Assembly: GCA_963664225.1 (NCBI GenBank)
Contig: OY760937.1
Coordinates: 1,888,001-1,952,000 of the forward strand
Direction: 5' to 3'
Source: Verrucomicrobiia bacterium
Lineage (GTDB): Bacteria; Verrucomicrobiota; Verrucomicrobiia; Limisphaerales; UBA1319
DNA: 64,000 nt
Shown here: in pieces, positions 27,667 to 37,452 of the stretch
Numbering within the stretch: the stretch's first letter is position 1
How the letters are laid out: each line of letters begins with the position of its first letter
The notes under the pieces: model-generated
The model's input: the letters and a program-made list of their open reading frames with translations, nothing else
Databases searched by the model: none
What the model was told of the DNA's origin: nothing
Made by a program: the position numbers and the translations under genes

Positions 27667-29619
27667 TTAAGGTAAAGGCTCGACTTTGGTCGCGGTGCCC
27701 GTGTTGGCGGGTTTGGTGGTGTCGGTCGTGTCGGTGGCAGTGACGGTGAAGTTGCCTTCGGATCCGAATGTGACGCTAAAGGTGTGGGATCCGCCCACCA
27801 GGACTGCTTCTCCCGGAAGATAGGCCGTGGCGTCGTCACTGGTAAGGGTCACGGTGTTGTTTGGCGCGAGTTTGATGATGTGCCAGGTGTCATCGACCGC
27901 GTTGACAACGACGTCGAAGGGCACGCCGACGTTCTGCGTTGTCGGGGTGCCGATCTTGCCTGTGGCCGTTCCGGGCGCGTTGGTTTCGCCGGGCATCAGG
28001 ACCTGCAGTTTGCTGTAAGCCCGTTTAATCATCCGGTAGTAGCCCTGGCTTGCACCTGTCAAGTCGCCACGGCTTATCAACAGCTTCTTGCCGTTAAATC
28101 CAACAAATGGAGCGGCTCCGCTTTCGTTCCAGCCGTTCGTAGCGATGATTGAGTTCGTTTGCAATGCGAAGCCGGCGTCGGGAAGCGTCCATCCGATCCA
28201 CCAGAGGCTGTCAGTGGATATTAGTTGAATACTACCAGAGGTGGCGGCTGCCATCTCCCAGAGGTTGGTGTTGAAGGTTGAATCCGCCATGAAGTTATCG
28301 TCGATATTCGAGGTGAAACCCTGGAGTTTGACGTCGGAGATGATGGCGCTGAGTCCGCGATTGGTCATTTCCTGCGGTTTGGCTCCCAGGTAATAGTATA
28401 AGGGGAGAGCGGCTTTGGCGGCGTCCACATAACCGGCGAGTTTATCGGCGGAGAATTCGAAGTTAGTAGTGGAACCGCCCGGGCTGGTCATGGTGACATT
28501 GGTGTCATTGACGAAGCTGAGCGTCCAGGTGCCGATGGGGCCATTGGTTTCGGTCAGGATGGCGAGCGGAGAGGAGTAGTAGGTAGCGTTGCCGTCTGGA
28601 ATGGAATTGGTCTTCCAGCGGAATGTATATAGGGCGGAACCGTCGGCCTTGTTCTGCAATTCCATGAAAATGCAGTTGGTTTGGTCCCAGTCAGGGGAGC
28701 TGCCTGTGCCAATGGTTCCGAGGCCCACGGCGGGATCGTAGGGCACCGGAATTAAATAGCTATGGATTTCGAAGTTGGGATTGTTTGTGCCGGGATAGGA
28801 TTTGACCGTGAACGAATAAGTGACCGGCGTGCTGCCTTTGCCCACCCAGGAGTATTCGGGATTGACGGTTCTGAAGTTCTGGCGGTCATACTGGCCGGTG
28901 CCTTCGGCAGTCAAATTGAGACCTTTGGCAGGTTTGGTCAGGCTCAAGGTGGGCGGGGCCGGTGGCGGCTCATTGGTGGAGGGTTCCAGGTAGATGTTAT
29001 CGACGTTGAACATCACGGTATTCGTATAGGCGCCACCCGACCACATGTAGATGTAGTAACCGACGACGAGGTCCAGTCCCACTGCGGATTGATCGATGGG
29101 GAATGACAGATGTGTCCAGTTCGTGCTCGAAGCCGGTATATTGTAGTCGGCGAGTTTGATCTGTTTCCAATCGATTCCAGTCTTATATACCAGGCCGATC
29201 TGGAGCCCTCCAAAGTTGTCATTCTTTGTGGGGGATGTGGTGGGATCGAGCTTGAAGTCCAGCGTCATGTTCTTGTAGTTGCCAACGCAGTTAATGATTG
29301 TGGCCGCATCCCAGCCCCCACCGTCGTGGAGGGTGCCGAAGGTCATGAACTGGTCCTGAGAATCGCCCGTGAACGGGAACGCGTATCTGAGGGAGCCGGA
29401 ATTGGGATCGCCCAGCGCGTCCAGACTTGGATCCTGGGTGAGCATTGTTCCATCGTCCTGCATGCCCCATCCATTCCAGGTGATCCATGATCCCTTGCCG
29501 TAATCAAAGGTCTTGGGGTTTGCCCAGGTCTGAGCCAGTGCGGTACCCGCGGAAGCAGCCAGGGCGAGGCCCATGACGACTGACGGGAGCCATCTTGATA
29601 GTTTTGATTTTTGTTTCAT
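27667..29619 (-). CDS. Secreted beta-rich hypothetical protein (CBM-like N-domain, internal YYRM domain, C-terminal Ig-like domain)
   Basis: Signal peptide from MKQKSK ending ALA|Q; Trp-rich beta-sandwich ending FNVDNIYL; Pro linker; GYYRM; Thr-rich C-terminal domain. Confidence 0.8.
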   Translation of the reverse strand: MKQKSKLSRWLPSVVMGLALAASAGTALAQTWANPKTFDYGKGSWITWNGWGMQDDGTMLTQDPSLDALGDPNSGSLRYAFPFTGDSQDQFMTFGTLHDGGGWDAATIINCVGNYKNMTLDFKLDPTTSPTKNDNFGGLQIGLVYKTGIDWKQIKLADYNIPASSTNWTHLSFPIDQSAVGLDLVVGYYIYMWSGGAYTNTVMFNVDNIYLEPSTNEPPPAPPTLSLTKPAKGLNLTAEGTGQYDRQNFRTVNPEYSWVGKGSTPVTYSFTVKSYPGTNNPNFEIHSYLIPVPYDPAVGLGTIGTGSSPDWDQTNCIFMELQNKADGSALYTFRWKTNSIPDGNATYYSSPLAILTETNGPIGTWTLSFVNDTNVTMTSPGGSTTNFEFSADKLAGYVDAAKAALPLYYYLGAKPQEMTNRGLSAIISDVKLQGFTSNIDDNFMADSTFNTNLWEMAAATSGSIQLISTDSLWWIGWTLPDAGFALQTNSIIATNGWNESGAAPFVGFNGKKLLISRGDLTGASQGYYRMIKRAYSKLQVLMPGETNAPGTATGKIGTPTTQNVGVPFDVVVNAVDDTWHIIKLAPNNTVTLTSDDATAYLPGEAVLVGGSHTFSVTFGSEGNFTVTATDTTDTTKPANTGTATKVEPLP

Positions 29620-29884
29620 TGTTTTTAAGGATTTGGAGTTTACTTGGGATGAAGCTCGAAATGGGCGGCAGATGGATGCATTAACGCCGGGCGGGCATTG
29701 AGTTCGGACGAGCGAACAGGCGATGAGAACAAATGACACGGATTCCCCGGGCACGATTGTCTCATGCGCATCTGTGGAGTCATGACGGAAAGCTATTCAT
29801 TTGGCAAATGGCGTCAAACGAAAAATCGGAATGGGGGCGCGAGAAAATATTCGCCTGGAATCTGGAAAATGCCAAAAAAGGTTC

Positions 29885-29986
29885 CAACCGTCGCTACGCG
29901 ACGGGCGTCGGGCAAAGGAATGGTGATGGGTTGGTGTTGAACCGTGGGTTGAAACCCACGACTACCGTCAATGGTCGCTACGCGAC
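29885..29986. repeat. REP-like composite element (CCGTCGCTACGCGACGG ... CGTGGGTTGAAACCCACG ... GTCGCTACGCGAC)
   Basis: Three short palindromes; related degenerate copy TTCAACCGTCGCCACGCGATGG at 34273-34294. Confidence 0.7.
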
Positions 29987-30059
29987 ACGGGGGAAGGCAA
30001 GCGCCAGCGGTCGTTACGGGATCTGGATCGCGACGTTTATGTTTTGAGGGGGTGCGGGT

Positions 30060-30100
30060 GCGGATTGGAAATCCGCGATACGACTGGAAGTCTGCGCTAC
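30060..30100. repeat. Tandem REP-like palindromes GCGGATTGGAAATCCGCGATAC / GACTGGAAGTCTGCGCTAC
   Basis: Two related units ending CTAC (GTAG on the minus strand); same family as 27579-27600. Confidence 0.7.
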
Positions 30101-30116
30101 GGGTTGTCATTGGGGA

Positions 30117-30878
30117 TCATTTCAAGCGGTCGCTCCCAGGGTTCTGCTGGGAGGTTTGCGCCAACTGTTTTTGAAGCTGATCCAGGCGGGCGAGGATTTC
30201 CTTGTTATCGGCGGCTTTCTGATCCCCGGCCCCCATGAAGAACGAGGCGACGAGGCCGCTCAGGCCGCCGAAAAGGGCCATGCCCGAGATCATGAGGCAC
30301 ATGCTCAGAATGTGGCCCTCGGTGGTGACGGGGTATTTGTCCGATCCGCCTGCGGTCGTAACGGTGGCGATGCTCCACCAGACGGCGTCCTCGGCGGTTT
30401 TGATGTTGGACTCGGGGGCGCGTTCGCAAACGAGGACCGAGATGGAGGAGAATATGACGAGGAGAAACATGGTGAGGACCATGGAGACGGCGCCGCCCTG
30501 AATTTTGTCCTTGAAGACAATCATCATGACTTTGTGGACGGAGCGAATGCCGCGGAACAGGCGGATGATGCGCAGGACGCGGATCATGCGGCCCCAACGG
30601 AGGACGTTGATGCTGGGAATGCTGGCCAGGAGATCAATCCAGCCCCATTTCATGAAGGCCCATTTGGAGGGGGCGCGATGGAGCCGCCAGCAAAAGTCGG
30701 CCAGAAAAACAAAGCAGACGACGGTGTCCATGACCTCAATGATGGAGGAGACTTCGGCGGGTAGAGACCACAAGGTATCGACCGCCAGGGCGGCCAGGAC
30801 GACCAGGCTCAGGACCAAAATGACGATCTGAAAGATTCCAATCCGGGAATCGTCAGAACTGCGAACATCGCGACTCAT
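30117..30878 (-). CDS. 6-TM voltage-gated ion channel (Kv-like) with non-canonical filter
   Basis: GWIDLLASIP (S3), Arg-repeat S4 RWGRMIRVLRIIRLFR, pore DAVWWSIATVTTAGGSDKYPVT. Confidence 0.9.
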   Translation of the reverse strand: MSRDVRSSDDSRIGIFQIVILVLSLVVLAALAVDTLWSLPAEVSSIIEVMDTVVCFVFLADFCWRLHRAPSKWAFMKWGWIDLLASIPSINVLRWGRMIRVLRIIRLFRGIRSVHKVMMIVFKDKIQGGAVSMVLTMFLLVIFSSISVLVCERAPESNIKTAEDAVWWSIATVTTAGGSDKYPVTTEGHILSMCLMISGMALFGGLSGLVASFFMGAGDQKAADNKEILARLDQLQKQLAQTSQQNPGSDRLK

Positions 30879-31073
30879 GCCGATCTTCCTAATCCCGGGA
30901 CATGCGGGGCACAAGGCTTTTCGAACCTCTCTAATACCACAATTAATTGAAATTAACCGTCCGCACGAGGTGTGAGAATCCGAAGGCGCGTTTATTCCTC
31001 AGATCGACCAGATCAACGCACCATGCTGTTTTGGTTTGTCAGATCCCGGACAGAGTGTTATAAGCATGTTCGA

Positions 31074-34000
31074 ATGAACACCGTGGCCTATCTTCAGGGG
31101 GAAGTTGCATTTAATTTTCGTTTTGCGAATCGCCGACTTGAGTGGTCGCGCACGTTTGCCTTACTCGCAGCGGTCTTTCTACTGGGGTTCAGTTCCGCCC
31201 CGGCACAGGCCCGGGTGATTTACGTCAATGGCGCGCTTCAGACTGATCCCGTTCCCACGGGCCAGACATGGGCCACGGCATGGAACACCATCGGAGACGC
31301 TGTGAACGAAGCGAGCGAGGGGGACGAAATCTGGGTGGCCCAAGGCACCTACAAGGAATTCGTGGTCATCACAAACGCCGTCGCGCTGTATGGCGGTTTT
31401 GTGGGAACGGAGACCAATCGTGACCAGCGCAACTTCACGGCAAATACCACGACCATTTATGGGGAAGGGGGTGGGGCAGTTATTCGGCAAGATGTTGTGA
31501 CTATTGCGGGCTTCACCAACGACATGGCCCGCCTGGACGGTTTTACCGTCAATAAGGACTCGAAGGTTTTCGGCAGCGCCATTTGCAGTAGCAATGCCTC
31601 ACCGGTCATCGCCAACAACCAAGTCTGCGGATTGACGAATTTTATTTACGGCGTGATTCAATGCAGAGGCGGTGCTCCTCTGATTGTAAGTAATTATGTT
31701 GCATACAATGAAACAGCCTCAGTTTTGATTGCGGGCATTAATTACACAAGCTCAGGTGGAATTTATTCCCATGACAGTGATGCTCATATTCTTGCAAACC
31801 AGATATTGTGGAACAAAGCGACTTTGTGCTCGGGAATTTATATAGACTACGGATCGTCTCTGATTGAATTTAACGATATCGTGGGTAATTCAGCCGACAT
31901 TGGTTCAGGAGGTGTTGATTGTTGGCTTTCCTGCGTGCGACTTTTCAGTAATAAAATTGTGGGAAACATGGTCACCGCGGCTAATGGCGTTTCCTTTGGC
32001 GCAGGTATCTATGCCTCCAAATGCACCAATTCGTGGATTGCCAACAACCTTATCATGGCGAATTTCCAGACTTCATTTCCCCTCAGCGGAAATGGCGCTG
32101 CAGGGGGCATTTTTTGCGACCAATATGTCACCGGAACGATCATCAACAATACGATACTGAATAATTTGGGAGGGGCCTCAGGGCTATGGTGTGGCAGTGC
32201 TCAGGTGGTGGTCCTGAACAACATTATAGCCTTTAACTCTACAGGTGTGGGAGGCATTTCAAATATCCAGTTCACAAACAACTGTGTTTACGGCAATGCG
32301 ACAAATTATTATGTTAAAATCCCCGATCTGACTGGAACGAATGGCAACATTTCGCTCGATCCAAAGTTGGATGGTAACGCTCAACGTCCCGGATGGCACT
32401 TGATGCCGGGATCTCCCTGCATCGGCACAGGAGACATCAGCCTGGTTTCACCCGATTGGCGAGATATCGATGGCGAGCCCCGAATCCAGGATTCGCATGT
32501 GGATATTGGAGCGGATACCTTTCAGGCGGATTATTCGCCAGCACCGCCACTCATCATTTATGTCAGCCCAACAGGTGACGATCACAATGACGGGCTGAGC
32601 TGGACGACAGCCTTGCGATCAGTACAGACAAGCATGGACCGGGCTGTCCTGACACCCAAGGATATCTGGGTTTCGGAAGGCACCTATCATGAGCGAATTG
32701 TCATGAGGGCTTTAGTCAATTTATTCGGTGGGTTCTCTGGAGTCGAAACCAACCAAGACCAGCGGGATTGGAGCCGCAACGCCACGATTCTGGATGGCCA
32801 GGGCTTGGGGAGCGTGGTCCAAATGAAATTTTTGCCCGGCTTAATCCGGCTGGATGGATTCACCATACAAAATGGCCGCGCACCTACCGGCGGTGGTGTT
32901 CTTGCCCGGCTATGTTCACCGTTCATTGCTAACAGCATCATACAAAGCAATAGTACATACCCGAGTTCCGGAATAACCACCTCAGGTGGGGGAGTGCATT
33001 CCGAAAGATGCTCGTTAGTTCTGTCCAATAATCTCATCCAACGCAATGATGCACGTTCAGGGGGCGGAGTCAGCATGCGGTCCGATACAGGGGATATCGT
33101 GGTGAAAAACACCTTCGAATCGAACCGAGCCCTGCAAACAGAATCGTCGACTTATGAGGATACCGGTGGTGCGGGCCTCTGGGCGACAGAAAGTCGAACT
33201 ATGATTCTGAATAATTTGTTTCACTCAAACATTTGCACCAATCAAACGCGGTGGATGAACCTCACTGCTTATGGTGGAGCTATTTATTTTCGCCAAGGAT
33301 ATGCGAATTCTTTTGGCACCAGCACAATTTGCAATAACAGCTTTATTGGTAACAAAACCGCAAGTTGCAACGAATCCGGGGGTATTGCGTTGCGCGTAAC
33401 CATGAACACCCTGTTTGCAAACAACCTGTTCGCGTATAACTCCTCAGGAATCTATTGCAGTTCAATTACCAACATTCAATTTTTGAATAACTGCGTTTTC
33501 TCCAACACCGCCTTTAACTACAATGGCCTCACCAGTCCGACAGGCACCAACGGCAATATTTCCGTGGACCCTCTATTTATACCTGGAACATACCAACTCT
33601 CTTCGAATTCCCCATGCATCGATGCGGGTAATGATTCGGTGATCACGCCGGATATGTTGGATCTCCTGGGAGCACCGCGGCTGCAGGGAGCGCATGTGGA
33701 TATCGGGGCCTATGAGTATGCGGCGACGGGGGATTGGACGAGCTTTGTGCCGGGTGGAGAATTGGTCCATGTCACGCCGGTAACGGTCGGTGGCATCACC
33801 TATGTGCAATGGCAGTTTGAGTTTTCGGAGTCAAAGTATCGGATGATTGAGCCGGGAACCGTGAACACGGACGGCACCAATATCGCGTGCCGATTCAATC
33901 TTGAAAAATGGTCTGGAGCGGAAACTCCGGGAACGAATGTTCTCGCGGGAACGTTCGTTCTGGGGGCGTTGAGTCCGGTAGATTACACGCTGGGGGTTAG

Positions 34001-34262
34001 TGTGAGCGGCACCGAGGTGAAGACCGTGCCGTTCAGCATATCCGCAGAGAAGGCTTCGACTTTAAGCTGGCAGCAGCGGAGTGAAGGCGCGCTGAAGTTG
34101 CAGGTGCTCGGGGTGGCGGATGTGACCTACCGGTTGCTCTGCGGGACGAACCTGATGAATTGGGAGATTCTTTCGACACATCGCGGGGCGCCGTTTGAGT
34201 TGGAGGTGACCAATAACGCGGACATTCCCACGCTGTTTTACCGGGTGGAGATCGTGAAATAA
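31074..34262 (+). CDS. Large secreted protein with two tandem right-handed beta-helix modules (choice-of-anchor-Q-like ends) and C-terminal FYRV domain
   Basis: Repeated IYV...G.SW.TA...IWV..GTY.E...GGF.G.ET..DQR; GGGI.. rungs; NGNIS.DP...SPCI..G...PR.Q..HVDIGA twice; ends LFYRVEIVK. Start uncertain. Confidence 0.88.
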   Translation: MNTVAYLQGEVAFNFRFANRRLEWSRTFALLAAVFLLGFSSAPAQARVIYVNGALQTDPVPTGQTWATAWNTIGDAVNEASEGDEIWVAQGTYKEFVVITNAVALYGGFVGTETNRDQRNFTANTTTIYGEGGGAVIRQDVVTIAGFTNDMARLDGFTVNKDSKVFGSAICSSNASPVIANNQVCGLTNFIYGVIQCRGGAPLIVSNYVAYNETASVLIAGINYTSSGGIYSHDSDAHILANQILWNKATLCSGIYIDYGSSLIEFNDIVGNSADIGSGGVDCWLSCVRLFSNKIVGNMVTAANGVSFGAGIYASKCTNSWIANNLIMANFQTSFPLSGNGAAGGIFCDQYVTGTIINNTILNNLGGASGLWCGSAQVVVLNNIIAFNSTGVGGISNIQFTNNCVYGNATNYYVKIPDLTGTNGNISLDPKLDGNAQRPGWHLMPGSPCIGTGDISLVSPDWRDIDGEPRIQDSHVDIGADTFQADYSPAPPLIIYVSPTGDDHNDGLSWTTALRSVQTSMDRAVLTPKDIWVSEGTYHERIVMRALVNLFGGFSGVETNQDQRDWSRNATILDGQGLGSVVQMKFLPGLIRLDGFTIQNGRAPTGGGVLARLCSPFIANSIIQSNSTYPSSGITTSGGGVHSERCSLVLSNNLIQRNDARSGGGVSMRSDTGDIVVKNTFESNRALQTESSTYEDTGGAGLWATESRTMILNNLFHSNICTNQTRWMNLTAYGGAIYFRQGYANSFGTSTICNNSFIGNKTASCNESGGIALRVTMNTLFANNLFAYNSSGIYCSSITNIQFLNNCVFSNTAFNYNGLTSPTGTNGNISVDPLFIPGTYQLSSNSPCIDAGNDSVITPDMLDLLGAPRLQGAHVDIGAYEYAATGDWTSFVPGGELVHVTPVTVGGITYVQWQFEFSESKYRMIEPGTVNTDGTNIACRFNLEKWSGAETPGTNVLAGTFVLGALSPVDYTLGVSVSGTEVKTVPFSISAEKASTLSWQQRSEGALKLQVLGVADVTYRLLCGTNLMNWEILSTHRGAPFELEVTNNADIPTLFYRVEIVK

Positions 34263-34272
34263 GATGACGCAG

Positions 34273-34296
34273 TTCAACCGTCGCCACGCGATGGGG
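34273..34296. repeat. Degenerate REP-like palindrome related to 29885-29904
   Basis: TTCAACCGTCGCCACGCGATGGGG versus CCAACCGTCGCTACGCGACGGG. Confidence 0.55.
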
Positions 34297-34512
34297 CATT
34301 GCGTGCGGCGGCAATGTGTTGTTCTGGGGGGATTTTGAATTCCGAAATGATGTCCGGCTTCAAATGTCTCTGCGATACGACAGCCGAACCGGCTGAAGCC
34401 GGGACTCCATGCCCCGGAACGGCGGGGCGCGTGTGGCGGCGAACAACGCATCCATGAAGGCCGGTTGGGCCTTTTGGAATGGGGGCCTCTGTGTTTGGAC
34501 AGGCTCCGGCAG

Positions 34513-34552
34513 AAAAAGGCCCGCGTCCAATGGATTGATCGGAAGCGGGCCT
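34513..34552 (-). terminator. Intrinsic terminator of the DUF1080 gene
   Basis: Minus strand AGGCCCGC-TTCCGA...TTGGAC-GCGGGCCT-TTTT. Confidence 0.7.
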
Positions 34553-34581
34553 GCATCAAAAACCTAGGTTGGACGACCGCC

Positions 34582-35634
34582 TTATTTGGTTTTTGTCCCC
34601 TTCATGCCGCCATCCTCCCCGACGGAGACGTACACCACTTTGTTGTCCCCTTCGGTCTTGAAGTCGCATTGCACGTCGGTGGATTTGGCAAAGAACTTCG
34701 TGGGGGTTTCGGCAAACAACACGAAGCGGTGACCCTGGAACAGGAGAATCAACTGGCCATTATCCTTGAGGATTTCCGCATTGTTATTGCGGCTGATTTC
34801 ATATTTGCCGACATAACTTTCGAGCAACGCATTGGCCAGCGTAAACTCCTTGTGATGCGCGGGCTGACCCAATTCGCGCACCCAGATGTTGCGGTAGCGC
34901 ACGGGATTGCCATGGTCCTGGAGGCAGATGGGCTGTTTCTCGGGATGGGGCTGATAGGGAGCGCGATCCAGCCAGCCGGTGGGACCGGTGAGTTCGACGT
35001 TGTTTTGAATTAGCACGCCATTAAGAAAGGCGGTGATGCGGGCCGGGGACAGAAGCTTCCCGGCCGCGTCGAACCGGGGTGCGGTGTAAAGGATGTCGTA
35101 GGTCTGCCATTGGCCCGGAGGACGTGTGGCATTGACCAGGGGAGGATACTGGCCATAGACGGAACCGGCGGCACCGTCCGCGTAGGTTTTGCTGTTATAG
35201 GAGTCGAGCACCTGGATTTCGTAGCGATCCATTCCCAGAAAGACGCCGCTGTTTCCCCGGCCCTGGCTGTTCCCCTCGGGCGGTGTGGGAGCGGCCCACT
35301 CCACATGCAACTGGCAATCCCCGAAATTCTGAAGGGTGCGGACGTAGCCGCTGCCGGGCACGCAAGCCATGTATCCATCTTTGGCAATCCATTTGGTGGG
35401 GCTGCCGTCCATGGAAACCCATTGGGAAACGTCCTTGCCGTCGAAGAGAACGACCGCGTCCGAGGGCGCTTTGCCGACCTGATCCTGTGTGCTGGCCAGA
35501 CCGGGATCGATGACCGGCGCCATGGGGCGTAAGCGGTCGTGGTCCACCCAATTGGGATCGGGTTGGGCCATGGAATTCAAACCGAGCGCGGCCAGGAGGA
35601 CCACCGCGCCACCGAGAGCTTTTGTGGTATTCAT
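34582..35634 (-). CDS. Secreted DUF1080 (3-keto-disaccharide hydrolase-like) protein with extra C-terminal domain
   Basis: PSDAVVLFDGKD, FGDCQLHVEW, GNSGVF, YEIQVLDS, LQDHGNPVRYRNIWVREL; tail LESYVGKY resembles DUF3471. Confidence 0.92.
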   Translation of the reverse strand: MNTTKALGGAVVLLAALGLNSMAQPDPNWVDHDRLRPMAPVIDPGLASTQDQVGKAPSDAVVLFDGKDVSQWVSMDGSPTKWIAKDGYMACVPGSGYVRTLQNFGDCQLHVEWAAPTPPEGNSQGRGNSGVFLGMDRYEIQVLDSYNSKTYADGAAGSVYGQYPPLVNATRPPGQWQTYDILYTAPRFDAAGKLLSPARITAFLNGVLIQNNVELTGPTGWLDRAPYQPHPEKQPICLQDHGNPVRYRNIWVRELGQPAHHKEFTLANALLESYVGKYEISRNNNAEILKDNGQLILLFQGHRFVLFAETPTKFFAKSTDVQCDFKTEGDNKVVYVSVGEDGGMKGTKTK

Positions 35635-35854
35635 GATGATTTTAAATTGTGACAACGTGTTGGAGGATCAGTGAATCAGGTTGGCTTAAAAAATCAACAG
35701 CCATTGAGATGCCAGATTATCAACGTGTTGACGCCTGGCCGGGTTGCGTCACTGACAGGCCCGGAGCCATTATTTGGCCATCCCTGGAAGGAAACAGGCC
35801 GCACAACCGTGATTTTGCGCTTGCGATTCCGCGTAATATTGCGATAAACACGGC

Positions 35855-37282
35855 ATGACTAACTCACAGAATAATTCCGCTCAATTGCCGTCGTACATTG
35901 CGAGCGCCGTGCCTAATCCACCTGGCAGCCGGGCTCCATGGTACAAAAACACCGCTCCAACTTATGCAGGCATCTTCCTGTGGTTCGTATTCTGGCAGGA
36001 TGCCGTGAATGCGCCCAGCCTGGGTGGTGGCCTGTCACAGGGAATCGGTTTGGCCCTCGGCAGCCTGGTTCTGGCCGCGCTGGTTTGCCATTTTCTGTTT
36101 TACCTGGTGCCGGGCATGCTGGGCATGAAGACGGGTTTGCCGCTGTATATCGTTGGCACATCGACATTTGGGGCCACGGGCGGCTTCGTGATGCCTGGTT
36201 TCATCATGGGAGTGCTTCAATTCGGCTGGCTGGGTGTGAATATTTATTTCTCCTCGAAGGCGCTCAATGAGATGATCGGCCTGGCGCACCCGGAGATTCT
36301 GATGGTACTCTGGGGTGTATTAGCCGCGTTCATGGGCCTTAAAGGCATTCAATATGTGGCCAAAGTGGCCTCCCTGCTGCCCATCATTCCATTTGCCATT
36401 TTGCTCATCCTGCTGGTCAAGACCATTGGAGGTGTCAGTTCCTTTAATCCCGCGGATTTGATCGCGAGTAATAAAATCCTCGCTCCGACCGCTCCGGCGG
36501 CTCTGGATTCGATGGGTGTTGTGGCGCTGATCCTGACCTACGTTGTTGGCTTTTTCGCGACAGCGGGCGCGGCGGGTTGCGATTTCGGTTCGGGCAATCG
36601 CGACAAGAGCGATGTGAAGATGGGCGGTCTGGTGGGTGTGGCCCTGGCCATCATCTTCACCATGGGCGCTTCCGCCCTGATCGTTGCCGGCGTTTATGGC
36701 AATCCTGAAATGCACAAGGCCGCAGTCACCGCTGCCGGCGCCAAGGGTGGTTTGATCCTGCAATCCACCGGATTGATCTCGGTGATCATGGGATCGGAAG
36801 CCGCCAAAGTCATCATGTTCCTGCTGGCGCTCACCGCGTTCCCCTCGGCCTGCTTCTCCTCGCTGATCGCGGCGAACTGCTTCAAGACCACCCTGCCAAA
36901 GGTTAATCCGTTCATCTCGGTGGGCATCGGCGCCGCCGTCAGTATCGCGCTGGCCGTCACCGGTTACGCGGGCAAAGTGGTTCCCGTATTCGTGATCATC
37001 GGCGCCTCCTTCGGCCCGATCTGCGGCGCGATGATGGTGGACTACCTGTTGTCCGGCAAACGCTGGGTGGGTCCTCGCGCGGGGCTGAATCCCGCCGGCT
37101 GGATCGCCTGGGCGCTGGGCTTCATCGTGGGCATCCTGCCCAATCTGGGCGTGGCGGTACCCGCCGCTCCCGTGATGGCCTTCATCGTGGGCGCAGTGGT
37201 TTATTTCGTCTGCGCCAAGGCGGGCCTGCAATCGGCCACGATCCCCCTGACCGGGGCCATGGCCAATGCGACCAAGGCTTAA
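35855..37282 (+). CDS. NCS1 family (cytosine/purine permease-like) transporter
   Basis: About 12 TMs; GMLGMKTGLPLYIVGTSTFG, QFGWLGVN, PICGAMMVDY. Confidence 0.85.
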   Translation: MTNSQNNSAQLPSYIASAVPNPPGSRAPWYKNTAPTYAGIFLWFVFWQDAVNAPSLGGGLSQGIGLALGSLVLAALVCHFLFYLVPGMLGMKTGLPLYIVGTSTFGATGGFVMPGFIMGVLQFGWLGVNIYFSSKALNEMIGLAHPEILMVLWGVLAAFMGLKGIQYVAKVASLLPIIPFAILLILLVKTIGGVSSFNPADLIASNKILAPTAPAALDSMGVVALILTYVVGFFATAGAAGCDFGSGNRDKSDVKMGGLVGVALAIIFTMGASALIVAGVYGNPEMHKAAVTAAGAKGGLILQSTGLISVIMGSEAAKVIMFLLALTAFPSACFSSLIAANCFKTTLPKVNPFISVGIGAAVSIALAVTGYAGKVVPVFVIIGASFGPICGAMMVDYLLSGKRWVGPRAGLNPAGWIAWALGFIVGILPNLGVAVPAAPVMAFIVGAVVYFVCAKAGLQSATIPLTGAMANATKA

Positions 37283-37297
37283 GCTTAATTAGAAACA

Positions 37298-37333
37298 CAC
37301 CCCTCCCCGGCCACAAGGCTTGGGAGGGGTTTT
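37298..37333 (+). terminator. Intrinsic terminator after permease
   Basis: ACCCCTCCC...GGGAGGGGT stem followed by TTT. Confidence 0.7.
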
Positions 37334-37452
37334 CATGTACCGATGCAACACCTTTAAAAATATTTATTAAATCAGGGTTTGCCATCCGGCCCGGTAAGGA
37401 GCTATTATCACCGTCGTATCCGGCGTCTTGAAGAGTCTTAATTCTCCAAATC

